DNA of 64,000 nt from a virus (IMGVR_UViG_3300025162_001855); one strand, 5' to 3'; shown: positions 9,281-18,011, numbered from the stretch's first letter. The notes: generated from the sequence alone by a model not told the origin. Numbers and translations are program-made.

Positions 9281-9532
9281 TTATCTATTTGGATCGTATT
9301 CAATAGAATTTAGAACAGGACCAAATGTTATCTGTGCTGTTGTGGCTTTAGATTTTCCACTTTGCTTTAGTAGCATCAGCACTTCTTTAATACACCATAC
9401 TAGATCTTCATGTCTGCTTTTAAATACAAACACAATCGTGCCGCTCTTTGTTTCAACAATAGAACCGATAGTTTCGGCTGCGGAAGTATTTTGTGATTTG
9501 CTTGATCGTAAGCGTCGTAATAATTCAGACAT
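9281..9532 (-). CDS. small hypothetical protein
   Basis: ORF track; start moved to the internal Met because the annotated 5' end overlaps tRNA-Met. Confidence 0.3.
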   Translation of the reverse strand: MSELLRRLRSSKSQNTSAAETIGSIVETKSGTIVFVFKSRHEDLVWCIKEVLMLLKQSGKSKATTAQITFGPVLNSIEYDPNR

Positions 9533-9566
9533 TGTATAAATCCCTAATTGTCTACTATTTATACCT

Positions 9567-9644
9567 TGGTGGCTGAGGTGAGGATCGAACTCACGCCATT
9601 CTACTTTATGAAAGTAGCGCACATACCTTCTATGCTACTCAGCC
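9567..9644 (-). tRNA. tRNA-Met(CAT)
   Basis: Acceptor GGCTGAG/CTCAGCC, anticodon arm CTACT-TTCATAA-AGTAG, T-arm GTGAG-TTCGATC-CTCAC, A73 and encoded CCA. Confidence 0.6.
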
Positions 9645-9780
9645 GAAATGAATTTGAACAGGGTTGGAGTCGAACCAACATTAGTTAGCCGTACATCAAC
9701 ACGATGACACAGCGGTTTTGGATACAGTTGATGCTGCCCGTAACCCCCGGCTTTGCCATTTTGCCTACCTGAACAAAACT

Positions 9781-9855
9781 TGGTGGGTCCGGAGAATTTC
9801 GAAATCTCGACTTGCCGCTTAAGAGGCGGCTACTCTGCCTCTGAGTTACGAACCC
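9781..9855 (-). tRNA. tRNA-Lys(CTT)
   Basis: Acceptor GGGTTCG/CGGACCC, anticodon arm GCCGC-CTCTTAA-GCGGC, encoded CCA. Confidence 0.55.
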
Positions 9856-10486
9856 AATTAATCTTATCACTATTAAATTTGTCTTGAAGATTATATTTTT
9901 CAACCACAGCCTTCAATCGACTGTATCCAGCTCCCCGAGTCTGCAATTTCAATAACCGTAATGCTCCCGATATTGATGTTGCCTGAAGTAGTGCATCGTA
10001 GTATCGTTGTTCGGTAATTTCTTTTTGCTTTTGTCGTTTATCTCGTTTTGGACGGATTCTACGTGCGCATCTGCCCACTAGCCAACCTTGTGGTTGTTCT
10101 CCGCATTTAAACTTTCCTGCCTTACTAGACACCGGATCATAATACCATGGCTTGCCAAAACTTCCATTTTTGTCACCAACCCGCTGTTTGGCTACTAGTT
10201 GATGCTTCTTCCTGATCCAACCATATATTTTGTTGTTCGATCGCTGTCCATTGTGCAACCCGATCATCTGTATAGCAGCCCAAACTAATCCGTTATGTTT
10301 AGGATACATTTTCATCAATAGCTGATGAGCAACATAGTGCTCTTCGGCAGTTAAGTTTACTAAGTTTTCTGGCAAATCTGTCCCACCGAGGCAACGTGGA
10401 ACAATATGGTGCCGTTCGATATAACCAGTTATCTTTCTACCTTTAGCCCGAGCTATTAGTAGTTCATAGTGTTGTGTATAGTTCAT
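9830..10486 (-). CDS. HNH homing-type endonuclease
   Basis: HNH block HHIVPRCLGGTDLPENLVNLTAEEHYVAH; 3' end overlaps tRNA-Lys(CTT). Confidence 0.6.
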   Translation of the reverse strand: MNYTQHYELLIARAKGRKITGYIERHHIVPRCLGGTDLPENLVNLTAEEHYVAHQLLMKMYPKHNGLVWAAIQMIGLHNGQRSNNKIYGWIRKKHQLVAKQRVGDKNGSFGKPWYYDPVSSKAGKFKCGEQPQGWLVGRCARRIRPKRDKRQKQKEITEQRYYDALLQATSISGALRLLKLQTRGAGYSRLKAVVEKYNLQDKFNSDKINWVRNSEAE

Positions 10487-10529
10487 AACTATATTTATCC
10501 GCGAACACTATATTCTTAGATTAAGAAGT

Positions 10530-10603
10530 TGGCACCCCGGGAGAGATTCGAACTCCCATTAACGGTTTTGGAGACCGTAGTCCTGCCATTGAACGACCGG
10601 GGT
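10530..10603 (-). tRNA. tRNA-Trp(CCA)
   Basis: Acceptor ACCCCGG/CCGGGGT, anticodon arm ACGGT-CTCCAAA-ACCGT, T-loop TTCGAAT, G73 and encoded CCA. Confidence 0.65.
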
Positions 10604-10609
10604 ATAAAA

Positions 10610-11581
10610 CTATTTGGCTTTACGAGATGGGAACTGGTTGAACAGTTTGCCATACTTGGAACGATTAAGTATCATCTGTGAGTTCCAAACTTGCTGTTCA
10701 CCATCATTTGTGGTCACTGTAATAGTGGACTTGGCCCACGGGTCACCACTCATTGTTGCCTTAGTAACAGGCTTACCAATCTTCTCGACCATCTTGTGAA
10801 CCCAAGCCATATATGCATCATGTGAATCTTGCTTGGCGTTGTCAATGTACCGCTTACGGAGCTCTGGGCTTTCCTTGCGGTGTGCATCCTTGCCGTCGGC
10901 CGATACTGTAATGCTTTGAAAAAACGAACGCTTGTGTTCCTTTCTGCGATAATCTTCGGTGCGGTCCGTGCTCTTTGCTCTTGGGGCAATAACATCTAGA
11001 TCCCATCCAGCAGCAGACATCATACCCATCCAGGTCTTGAACTGGCTTTTTGACAATTCTTCGGCACGCGCAACATATTCGTCAATGTGCTTTGTGAGTA
11101 CGTTGACTAATGTTGATGCATCGGAAAACTTCTTGGCAGTTGCTGTTGCCGCAACGGCCTTGGCCTGGGCTCTCTTAACCGAAGTCTTAACAACCTTGTC
11201 CTTTAAGGATTCGGTAATGTCCAGGTACGGCTTGAGTTGCTGATATGCATCGATGAACGCCTTGATCACCGGACTGTCCTTGGCCGCAACCTTCTTGAGC
11301 TTATTCGGTAGGCTCTTAAATGCCTGCGTACCAAAACCCAGAGCCCATACAAAATCTTGTACGTCTTGTGGGAGGTCCTTGTACTTGCCGGCGTAAGTAT
11401 ATTCGGCAAGAATGCTCTCGCGTACTGCATCACATAAACGCGATACTAAACTCTTCCATTCTGCAAACTTTGGGAGAATAATCTCACCAGCTGCCTCGGC
11501 ATCCTTCATGTCATTATACATGGCTTGGGTACGCTCTAAATAGCGTTGGGCTTCGGGTTTAAGTAGATCTGTGATGTTCAT
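10610..11581 (-). CDS. hypothetical protein (324 aa after start correction)
   Basis: ORF track; the annotated N-terminus overlaps tRNA-Arg(TCG), so the start is moved to MNITDLL at 11581. Confidence 0.45.
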   Translation of the reverse strand: MNITDLLKPEAQRYLERTQAMYNDMKDAEAAGEIILPKFAEWKSLVSRLCDAVRESILAEYTYAGKYKDLPQDVQDFVWALGFGTQAFKSLPNKLKKVAAKDSPVIKAFIDAYQQLKPYLDITESLKDKVVKTSVKRAQAKAVAATATAKKFSDASTLVNVLTKHIDEYVARAEELSKSQFKTWMGMMSAAGWDLDVIAPRAKSTDRTEDYRRKEHKRSFFQSITVSADGKDAHRKESPELRKRYIDNAKQDSHDAYMAWVHKMVEKIGKPVTKATMSGDPWAKSTITVTTNDGEQQVWNSQMILNRSKYGKLFNQFPSRKAK

Positions 11582-11620
11582 AGTATAGTATTTATACGCC
11601 CTGCTATTACAGATGTCAAT

Positions 11621-11697
11621 TGGCGCCCTCGGAGAGACTCGAACTCCCGACTTCTTCGTTCGAAGCGAAGCACTCTGATCCACTGAGTTACGAGGGC
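11621..11697 (-). tRNA. tRNA-Arg(TCG)
   Basis: Acceptor GCCCTCG/CGAGGGC, anticodon arm CTTCG-CTTCGAA-CGAAG, T-loop TTCGAGT, G73 and encoded CCA. Confidence 0.65.
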
Positions 11698-11769
11698 AAA
11701 AACTCTCGGGGTGCTGTATTCACCCCTTCCCGCAATAGACAATGATACAGTATCTATTGCGGAGTACTC

Positions 11770-11846
11770 TGGCGCGCCCGGAGAGATTCGAACTCCCAAC
11801 CCCAAGCTTCGTAGGCTTGTGCTCTATCCAGTTGAGCTACGGGCGC
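11770..11846 (-). tRNA. tRNA-Arg(ACG)
   Basis: Acceptor GCGCCCG/CGGGCGC, anticodon arm CAAGC-CTACGAA-GCTTG, T-loop TTCGAAT, G73 and encoded CCA. Confidence 0.65.
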
Positions 11847-11858
11847 AAAACTAAAATC

Positions 11859-11933
11859 TGGTGGGCCCACTAGGATTTGAACCTAGACTCGACGGTTTAT
11901 GAAACCGCTGCTTTGACCCTTAAGCTATAGGCC
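11859..11933 (-). tRNA. tRNA-Met(CAT), second CAT isoacceptor
   Basis: Acceptor GGGCCTA/TGGGCCC, anticodon arm GCGGT-TTCATAA-ACCGT, T-loop TTCAAAT, A73 and encoded CCA. Confidence 0.6.
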
Positions 11934-12548
11934 CGAAAATGTTCCTTTGCGAATCGCGTAAATATCTTGTTCGCGTATTATACGAAGTTTTCCAGGAAAA
12001 TGCAACCACTTGGCGCGATCTCTGTCGGTTTCATATCCCTTCACTTCAACGTACAGGTCCATAGATTCAATATAAAAATCTGGAAAGTATGTTCTGGTAC
12101 CATTCCATTCATATTCGAATCCGGTAGTTGCCCGATGTGGTTGTAATCCAACATTCTGGGCCCATCTATAAAATTCTAATTCCCACTTGCCCTGAAACTT
12201 TATACCATCTTCGATGATTTGTTTCGTTCTACCTCTATTAGAAGAAGTATACGCATCTGGATTGTTAGCAACCGCCAACTTCATCGATTCTGATGTTTTC
12301 TTTCTACTCTCCGCAGAACGTGCAAGTGTACCATTTTTTATTTTGGTAGCTAGTATCTTCTGTGTTGTTTCTTTTGCAACGACAGGCTTTGTCAATCCAT
12401 CGCGTGCCGCTTTTGTAAACTGGTTTGCACCTTTCTTACCGAGCATACCGTTTCGGTAGACTCTATTCTGGTTTTTGGGACAGCATCGTTCATGATTCTT
12501 GAGAGAATTTACGTTCTTACATAACCGATCACAGTATACACATTCCAT
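11925..12548 (-). CDS. C2HC zinc-finger plus PD-(D/E)xK homing-type endonuclease (paralog 2 of 3)
   Basis: N-terminal CVYCDRLCKNVNSLKNHERCC; C-terminal FPDFYIESMDLYVEVKG (D...EVK); 3' end overlaps tRNA-Met. Confidence 0.55.
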   Translation of the reverse strand: MECVYCDRLCKNVNSLKNHERCCPKNQNRVYRNGMLGKKGANQFTKAARDGLTKPVVAKETTQKILATKIKNGTLARSAESRKKTSESMKLAVANNPDAYTSSNRGRTKQIIEDGIKFQGKWELEFYRWAQNVGLQPHRATTGFEYEWNGTRTYFPDFYIESMDLYVEVKGYETDRDRAKWLHFPGKLRIIREQDIYAIRKGTFSGL

Positions 12549-12586
12549 ACTGTATTTAGCACAGAGTTCCCTGCTCTACCATAATC

Positions 12587-13372
12587 TCATTTAGGCTCAA
12601 ACTTCTTGAAGCAATCCAAAAATTCTTGTGGTAGCAGTCCCGGCGGTGTATCGATAAAGGTCATATCGTCCCTACCATACAAATCCCCGCCCGATGCCAT
12701 TGTTGATTTGATGTGCTCAATGTTTGTGAACTCGGGCTTATTGAACTCCTGATCGGCAAAGTTAAAAATCTTGTTTTGAACTTGCTCGGGTGTCCCCCAA
12801 TAACTTAGATGCCACCCACCTTGGTGTATGCACATGAAATCGAATCGATTAATCCTAAACCAACTTGGACCCATCTCCTTGAATCGACCAACTGTGGTCA
12901 ATACCGGGCCATGCCAAATGGTTGTCATTGCTCTTTTGAGATTGAAGTAAAACAAAATCTGACCAAGCAGGATGTTCTTGTATCCAACAACTAGTTCTTT
13001 AGCGAACTGTTGATTGAATTTAGTCCTATCCGGAATCTCATCGACATCACTAATCATAATGTATGCGTCATCGGGTGCAACATGAAGCACTGTTGCAATT
13101 TGATCGCGTTGAGCATTGGCAAGGTCCGCTGGGAATGATGCCTTGGTAGCATCGAACTTTGATAGGTCAACCACATATGGAATATAGATAATCTTGTTTA
13201 GGTATTTGCCAAACCGATCCCAATGTTGAGGCAGGTTAAATGGTTTCTTCTTACCACTGTGCGTTGTATCAGCTTCGACAATAATGAAATAGTCAACATG
13301 CTCGGCCAAATATTCTAAACGCCCCTCCAATAGGTCATATTCATCAAAAAAGATAAAGCTATCAATAATCAC
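12587..13372 (-). CDS. GT17-like glycosyltransferase (paralog 1)
   Basis: N-terminal MIIDSFIFFDEYDLLEGRLEYL and a WHLSYWG block; paralogous to 13369-14172 and 57416-58213. Confidence 0.55.
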   Translation of the reverse strand: MIIDSFIFFDEYDLLEGRLEYLAEHVDYFIIVEADTTHSGKKKPFNLPQHWDRFGKYLNKIIYIPYVVDLSKFDATKASFPADLANAQRDQIATVLHVAPDDAYIMISDVDEIPDRTKFNQQFAKELVVGYKNILLGQILFYFNLKRAMTTIWHGPVLTTVGRFKEMGPSWFRINRFDFMCIHQGGWHLSYWGTPEQVQNKIFNFADQEFNKPEFTNIEHIKSTMASGGDLYGRDDMTFIDTPPGLLPQEFLDCFKKFEPK

Positions 13373-14172
13373 AGTGTCACCTCAAATTTACCAAAGCATT
13401 CTAAAAAATCTTTGGGTAGAGTAGTAGCATCCACGCGGACGAATTTCAAGTCTCGTCCATATAAATCTTTGCCTTCGGATACAACCTGTTTGATGTAATC
13501 GATATCGGTGTATCGGGCATTGTTATATTCTTGATGGGCCGAATTAATTATCTTGGCTTGGATGAATGCCGGATCCCCCCAATAGCTTAGGTGCCAACCC
13601 GAATCCAACACCCCGCGTAATTTAAACCTGTTATCACGAAACCATTGTGCGCCATTGGACTGTACATATTTGTTGAATGTTATTACAGTGCCGCGCCATT
13701 GATCAAGCTCCTTATGCTGGAGATTGAAATAGAACATGTCTTGAAAAGATACCACAGCCCCAACATCGGGCGTCAAGTGCTTCTTGGTAATGTCAATTAA
13801 ATTGCGAGATGGAATCTCGTCTAAGTCCGAGATAACAACTAGTGCATCATCGGGATAATCCTTTAGAGCTTCCGTGATTGCACCACGTTGGTCATTTTCA
13901 AAGCGCCAGTATCCACTACTGTAATCAAACTCTGTCAATTTCTTATCGAAGTCATACTTGGTTCGATCTGGAGTAAATTTAACGTATTGTATCTTATCAC
14001 TGTATGCAACAAGGCGTTCTTGATTTTCTAAATAGTTAAACGGTTTTGTCTTACCACTGAAGGTAAGGTTGGATTCGACAATGACAAACTTGTCAATCCT
14101 ATCATACAAATATTGCAATCTGCCTTCTAGGATATCTAGTTCATTGGCAAACATAAAGCAATCAATGATCAT
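13369..14172 (-). CDS. GT17-like glycosyltransferase (paralog 2, tandem)
   Basis: N-terminal MIIDCFMFANELDILEGRLQYL and a WHLSYWG block; overlaps its upstream paralog in an ATGA start/stop arrangement. Confidence 0.55.
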   Translation of the reverse strand: MIIDCFMFANELDILEGRLQYLYDRIDKFVIVESNLTFSGKTKPFNYLENQERLVAYSDKIQYVKFTPDRTKYDFDKKLTEFDYSSGYWRFENDQRGAITEALKDYPDDALVVISDLDEIPSRNLIDITKKHLTPDVGAVVSFQDMFYFNLQHKELDQWRGTVITFNKYVQSNGAQWFRDNRFKLRGVLDSGWHLSYWGDPAFIQAKIINSAHQEYNNARYTDIDYIKQVVSEGKDLYGRDLKFVRVDATTLPKDFLECFGKFEVTL

Positions 14173-14225
14173 GCGCAGTCCTTGTAAACTATTAGTTATC
14201 GTCGCTTTACAGCATTACCGATAAT

Positions 14226-14302
14226 TGGCGCCCCCGGAGAGACTCGAACTCCCGACCTGACGGGTAGAAACCGTATGCTCTAATCCACTGAGCTACGAGG
14301 GC
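14226..14302 (-). tRNA. tRNA-Arg(TCT)
   Basis: Acceptor GCCCTCG/CGGGGGC, anticodon arm TACGG-TTTCTAC-CCGTC, T-loop TTCGAGT, G73 and encoded CCA. Confidence 0.6.
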
Positions 14303-14307
14303 AAGAT

Positions 14308-14382
14308 TGGGGTGACTAGAGGGAATCGAACCCTCATTGAAGGAATCACAATCCTTGATCCTACCATTGAACGATAGCCACC
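14308..14382 (-). tRNA. tRNA-His(GTG) with an encoded G-1
   Basis: Extra 5' G pairing with C73, acceptor GTGGCTA/TAGTCAC, anticodon arm AAGGA-TTGTGAT-TCCTT, T-loop TTCGATT, encoded CCA. Confidence 0.6.
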
Positions 14383-14468
14383 ATCGAAATAAACAGGATC
14401 GTTTCCACTCCCGAAGAAGTGTCTTTGGGTTTGAACCAACATCTATTTATACAAAAATGATTCTAGAG

Positions 14469-14541
14469 CGCTCCTACGGGAACTCGAATCCCGATTCTCA
14501 CCTTGAGAGGGTGGTATCCTAACCTGTTAGATGATAGGAGC
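14469..14541 (-). tRNA. tRNA-Glu(CTC); CCA not encoded
   Basis: Acceptor GCTCCTA/TAGGAGC, T-arm CGGGA-TTCGAGT-TCCCG, anticodon loop CTCTCAA with one stem mismatch, 3' end G then CTC. Confidence 0.5.
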
Positions 14542-14551
14542 ATTTATAAAA

Positions 14552-14628
14552 TGGTGCTCGTGATAGGAGTCGAACCTACAACATCATGATCCTAAATCAT
14601 GCGCGTCTGCCAGTTGCGCCACACGAGC
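14552..14628 (-). tRNA. tRNA with anticodon TAG (a Leu anticodon) in a class-I body
   Basis: Acceptor GCTCGTG/CACGAGC, anticodon arm CATGA-TTTAGGA-TCATG, 6-nt variable loop, T-loop TTCGACT, A73 and encoded CCA. Confidence 0.45.
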
Positions 14629-14633
14629 AAAGT

Positions 14634-14707
14634 TGGAGCGGAATACGAGACTCGAACTCGTTTAGTCAGCTTGGAAGGCTGAAGCACAACCCATATGCCA
14701 ATTCCGC
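14634..14707 (-). tRNA. tRNA-Gly(TCC)
   Basis: Acceptor GCGGAAT/ATTCCGC, anticodon arm TCAGC-CTTCCAA-GCTGA, T-arm ACGAG-TTCGAGT-CTCGT, encoded CCA. Confidence 0.6.
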
Positions 14708-14778
14708 GTAATCTAAAAACAGGATGCCTTTTGTTTCATTTCGATTGAAATTTTTAATTTGCAGCACGCATCCTAAAC

Positions 14779-15237
14779 CTAATTCTTTTTCAGAGCTTCC
14801 GAAATTTTCCGTTTGTGTTCTTTGGATTTCGGTTTACCCTTGTTACCTGCTGCATTCGTGTTGCCCACCATCTTACGTGAATTCATACGACATGCTGCGT
14901 CATAACCATGTTTGGCTACCATATGGTACCATGCACCCTTATGGACCCCACTCTCTACTGCATCGATACCGATATTCTCTTTGTCGGTACCCCAATACAA
15001 GTGGCGTGGATTAGAACACTTTGCGTTATGACAGGCATGGCACAATATAATTCTACCGGATGGTATTGTTGTATTGAGATACTGAGCCAACACACCTTTA
15101 TGGTTTGTAGAGTTACCACCACGCTCACAACAGGTTTCATCTAATGCCAAATGACTACGTCGTTCTTCACGACTTCGTTTAATAAATTCAAGTATGTTTT
15201 CCATACTTCTATTTATACAAGTAAACACACTAGACAC
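14779..15237 (-). CDS. HNH endonuclease
   Basis: HNH-like block CHACHNAKCSNPRHLYWGTDKEN in the translation. Confidence 0.5.
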   Translation of the reverse strand: MSSVFTCINRSMENILEFIKRSREERRSHLALDETCCERGGNSTNHKGVLAQYLNTTIPSGRIILCHACHNAKCSNPRHLYWGTDKENIGIDAVESGVHKGAWYHMVAKHGYDAACRMNSRKMVGNTNAAGNKGKPKSKEHKRKISEALKKN

Positions 15238-15258
15238 AATTATCTAGTGTGTTTAAGT

Positions 15259-15336
15259 TGGTACGGAAGAAGGGATTCGAACCCATACTGTAGAGATTTT
15301 AAGTCTCTTGTCTCCTGCCAATTGGACTACTTCCGC
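15259..15336 (-). tRNA. tRNA with anticodon TAA (a Leu anticodon) in a class-I body
   Basis: Acceptor GCGGAAG/CTTCCGT, anticodon arm AGAGA-CTTAAAA-TCTCT (perfect stem), 5-nt variable loop ACAGT, T-loop TTCGAAT, A73 and encoded CCA. Confidence 0.5.
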
Positions 15337-15520
15337 GCAAATCAATTATAGCTTGGCCTTGGCCGAGTCAGTTTGCTTCTTGACCCAGTTAAACACGGCA
15401 GGTACTAGAACAGTAACTACTGCACCGGCTACAAATCCAAAGAAAAAATCGACTGTTAATCCGAACATAATAAACTCCTTGATAGGGATAAATTCCTATC
15501 ATATGTATTTATCACAAAAT

Positions 15521-15597
15521 TGGTCGGGATTGAAGGACTCAAACCTTCGACCTTCTGCGCCCAAGGCAGACGCTCTATCAAGCTGAGCTAAACCCCG
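15521..15597 (-). tRNA. tRNA-Pro(TGG)
   Basis: Acceptor CGGGGTT/AATCCCG, anticodon arm TCTGC-CTTGGGC-GCAGA, T-arm GAAGG-TTTGAGT-CCTTC, encoded CCA. Confidence 0.6.
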
Positions 15598-15668
15598 ATA
15601 TAAACCTTTTAAAAGATTCGGGGCGCATTGCACGCCCCAAACGTTTCTTCTTCTTTTTTACTTATGAC

Positions 15669-16229
15669 TTAGAAAGTGTACTTGTAAAATACACCTTCTC
15701 TATGGTTAGCAGCCGATGTGCCGCTGTATACATAGAACGCTGCACCAACTGCATGGTGCTTATTAACGTCTAATGTCAAACCGATCTTCTCACGGTTTTC
15801 GTGGGTATTTGCCCCATTGAACGCATGACGGAAGCGGTATTCTGCATCAACACTTAATGGGCCGTATACAGGCTTGTTAACCTTTACACCCGCACCATAC
15901 AAGCCTTGATCCTCTATGCCGGTCTTCAATACATCAACAACTTGGACAAATGGTGTTACACCATATCCTTGTACCTTGAACTTGTAACCAACTCCGGCAG
16001 CAAACAATTCAGACACTGGACCATCGCCCTTGGTCTGGGTTGTTTCAGCTTCACCAATGAGCTTGAAATTACCAATTGTATTGGTTGCTTCAACCTTGTA
16101 TTGATTGGTGTTATACTGGATGCTGTACGCCACTCGGCAGCAATATCACCTGCCATTGCACTTGCGCAAACTAAAGTTGCCGAAACAGCAATCAAACCTA
16201 GAATAACCTTCTTCATAATGTCTCCTTGA
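15669..16229 (-). pseudogene. Lom/Ail/OmpX-like outer-membrane beta-barrel gene with a frameshift
   Basis: Signal-peptide ORF (MKKVILGLIAVSATLVCASAMAG, about 16229-16140) and a beta-barrel ORF (15669-16133, ending ...GVFYKYTF) are in different frames overlapping near 16130, with a stop in the barrel frame just upstream. Confidence 0.4.
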
Positions 16230-16315
16230 TATAATAAACCACCCTGTTGGGGTGGCTCAGTATTTACCGGGAGACTACGTGGTATCCGTATTTTGCGGTG
16301 CAAATGCCCTAAATT

Positions 16316-16409
16316 TGGCGGAAAGGGTGGGATTCGAACCCACGGAGCCCGGTTTAAAGGCTCGCTCAGTTAGCAACCGAGTGCTTTAGGCCAGCTCAGC
16401 CACCTTTCC
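16316..16409 (-). tRNA. tRNA-Ser(GCT), class II
   Basis: Acceptor GGAAAGG/CCTTTCC, anticodon arm CTCGG-TTGCTAA-CTGAG, about 21-nt variable arm, T-arm GTGGG-TTCGAAT-CCCAC, encoded CCA. Confidence 0.6.
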
Positions 16410-16423
16410 ATATTCTACCGGTT

Positions 16424-16519
16424 CGATAAATTGGTCCTCGCCCACGGGAATGATCCGTGCCGTTGCAGCCAGTCCAGCCACTCTCGCAGGTTTATAAAAC
16501 CTACCCGCACACCAGTGCT
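16424..16519 (-). other. atypical tRNA-like element (about 96 nt)
   Basis: 7-bp terminal stem CCTCGTC/GGCGAGG followed by ACCA, T-arm-like CACGG-ATCATTC-CCGTG and hairpin TAGGT-TTTATAA-ACCTG, but a roughly 27-nt extra insert; not a canonical cloverleaf. Confidence 0.25.
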
Positions 16520-16527
16520 GACGAGGA

Positions 16528-16719
16528 TTAATCTTTCTTGTTGAGCAAGTCTGCTAGGTCCATCACCTTCTCTTTTTCAATAAGGTCAATGATGAAATTA
16601 GTCAGTTCGACTTCTTTTGAGATGAAGAATAATTTTATTCTCAGCTCTTCCAACTTCTTTTGGTAGAACTTTAGTTCTTTTTCTTTTTCTTCTCGGAGTT
16701 TGTAAACATCCGAAAGCAT
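16528..16719 (-). CDS. small coiled-coil protein
   Basis: ORF track; start at internal Met (MLSDVYKLREEKEKELKFYQKKLEEL...). Confidence 0.3.
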   Translation of the reverse strand: MLSDVYKLREEKEKELKFYQKKLEELRIKLFFISKEVELTNFIIDLIEKEKVMDLADLLNKKD

Positions 16720-16896
16720 GATTAGTTTGCCCACACAGTATTTAGCGAGCAAGCACCGGCCTTGAACCGGAAAGGGTACCACGCCCTCGAAGAAGCCAAA
16801 TCTTCTCGGTACTAGTTTTGAATACGCCTCCCAATGTGGTACGAGAATTGTAAACTACTCCGTTCCCTATCTTCTACCTGCAAGTTTGGTTGAGGG

Positions 16897-16972
16897 ACTA
16901 GGAATCGAACCTAGAGTCTTCCGATCCAAAGTCGGAGGTTTTGCCAATTAAACTATCCCTCAATAATAAGTG
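16897..16972 (-). tRNA. tRNA-Gln(TTG)
   Basis: U1:A72 acceptor TGAGGGA/TCCCTCA, anticodon arm TCCGA-CTTTGGA-TCGGA, T-arm CTAGG-TTCGATT-CCTAG, encoded CCA. Confidence 0.65.
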
Positions 16973-17167
16973 TTGATTAGTCGGCGGAAGTCTCTAATCT
17001 AGCCACATTGGGCATAACATATGACCTCAGTGCAACAATATGTCTGCTACCTTGCGGTCGACTAATCAACTGTACCGGAACCTTTGGTTATTCCTTCTCC
17101 GGGAAGGAACCAACTTGCGTTGGATGGTTGATAAGACTCTCGCCGGCTTTTGTCTTGTCTATTAGTT

Positions 17168-17242
17168 TGGTGGGACTGCAGGGATTCGAACCCTGGACCA
17201 ATCGGTTAAAAGCCGATTGCTCTACCGCTGAGCTACAATCCC
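17168..17242 (-). tRNA. tRNA-Lys(TTT)
   Basis: Acceptor GGGATTG/CAGTCCC, anticodon arm ATCGG-CTTTTAA-CCGAT, T-arm CAGGG-TTCGAAT-CCCTG, encoded CCA. Confidence 0.65.
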
Positions 17243-17733
17243 AAAATTGATCGACGGGCGCAGCACGCCCAAGGCACTTTCAACAGCAGCCTTTCCATCT
17301 GTGAGCTTACGCTCGATCACTGAGCCGAAATTTAAATGGTAGCGGGGGGACGATTTGCACATCCGAACCTTTTCAGGACTGGATTATGAGCCCAGTTTCG
17401 TTGACTACTTGAATACCCCGCAACAAACATTTCTATGTGGCCGGTGGGGTATCTTGGTACTCTGTACCATGCCCATCCTCCGTTTACTTTCCTTACCACA
17501 TAAAATCAAAACTAGACGACCTTTTGCCGCTGGGATAAAACCAGCACCACTTATCGGGAAGGCGGCCGAACCTTATTTGGTGGAGTATGTCGGCATCGAA
17601 CCGACCTGCATATTCTCGGTGCAAGCGAGACGTCCACTCCAAGCAGACCCATACCCCAAATTTAGTAGGATTCTCTCACCCTTGTCAAGTCTGATTCGCC
17701 CGACTTTCTCTAGCCATCTTTTCAATGGCAATT

Positions 17734-17809
17734 TGGTGGAGGTGACAAGGATCGAACTTGCGACATTTTGGTTGCAAACCAAACGCTCTACCAACTGAGC
17801 TACACCCCC
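17734..17809 (-). tRNA. tRNA-Ala(TGC)
   Basis: Acceptor GGGGGTG/CACCTCC with the G3:U70 pair, anticodon arm TTTGG-TTTGCAA-CCAAA, T-loop TTCGATC, encoded CCA. Confidence 0.65.
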
Positions 17810-17816
17810 AATAAAC

Positions 17817-18011
17817 TTACTTAGCTGCCTTGATCTGTTCGCCAAAAGTCTTTGTGACGTTGGCACCAAATGCAAGCAAGCTCTTTGTATACGCAGCCTG
17901 TGCTTCCGCGAGCTTTACTAGTTCACGACGTGTTTCAACGTGTGGAACATGATCCGCAAAACTCTTGAACGAAGCCAAACCATCATCTACCATTGTGTCG
18001 AAATTAAACAT
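17817..18011 (-). CDS. small hypothetical protein
   Basis: ORF track only. Confidence 0.3.
   Translation of the reverse strand: MFNFDTMVDDGLASFKSFADHVPHVETRRELVKLAEAQAAYTKSLLAFGANVTKTFGEQIKAAK

Noticed and set aside
9655-9745. T-arm-like GTTGG-TTCGACT-CCAAC near 9660-9690
   Set aside because: No complementary acceptor strand and no CCA; not a complete tRNA.
11698-11769. Hairpin CGCAATAGA...TCTATTGCG between tRNA-Arg(TCG) and tRNA-Arg(ACG)
   Set aside because: Probably a simple processing or spacer hairpin inside a polycistronic tRNA transcript; not reported as a feature.
14395-14468. Weak T-loop-like TTGG-TTCAAAC-CCAA and a CTTCGG hairpin
   Set aside because: No cloverleaf could be assembled.
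17250-17570. Possible RNase P RNA or tmRNA in the 320-nt ORF-free gap
   Set aside because: No P4 or GGAAAGTCCGGGC-like motif, and no tmRNA tag reading frame with a tRNA-like 3' end; left unassigned.
17580-17650. About 60-nt tRNA-like element (GGAGTGG...ATACTCC-ACCA) with an anticodon-like hairpin TCTCG-CTTGCAC-CGAGA
   Set aside because: It lacks a D-arm and the acceptor has a terminal mismatch; not reported as a tRNA gene.
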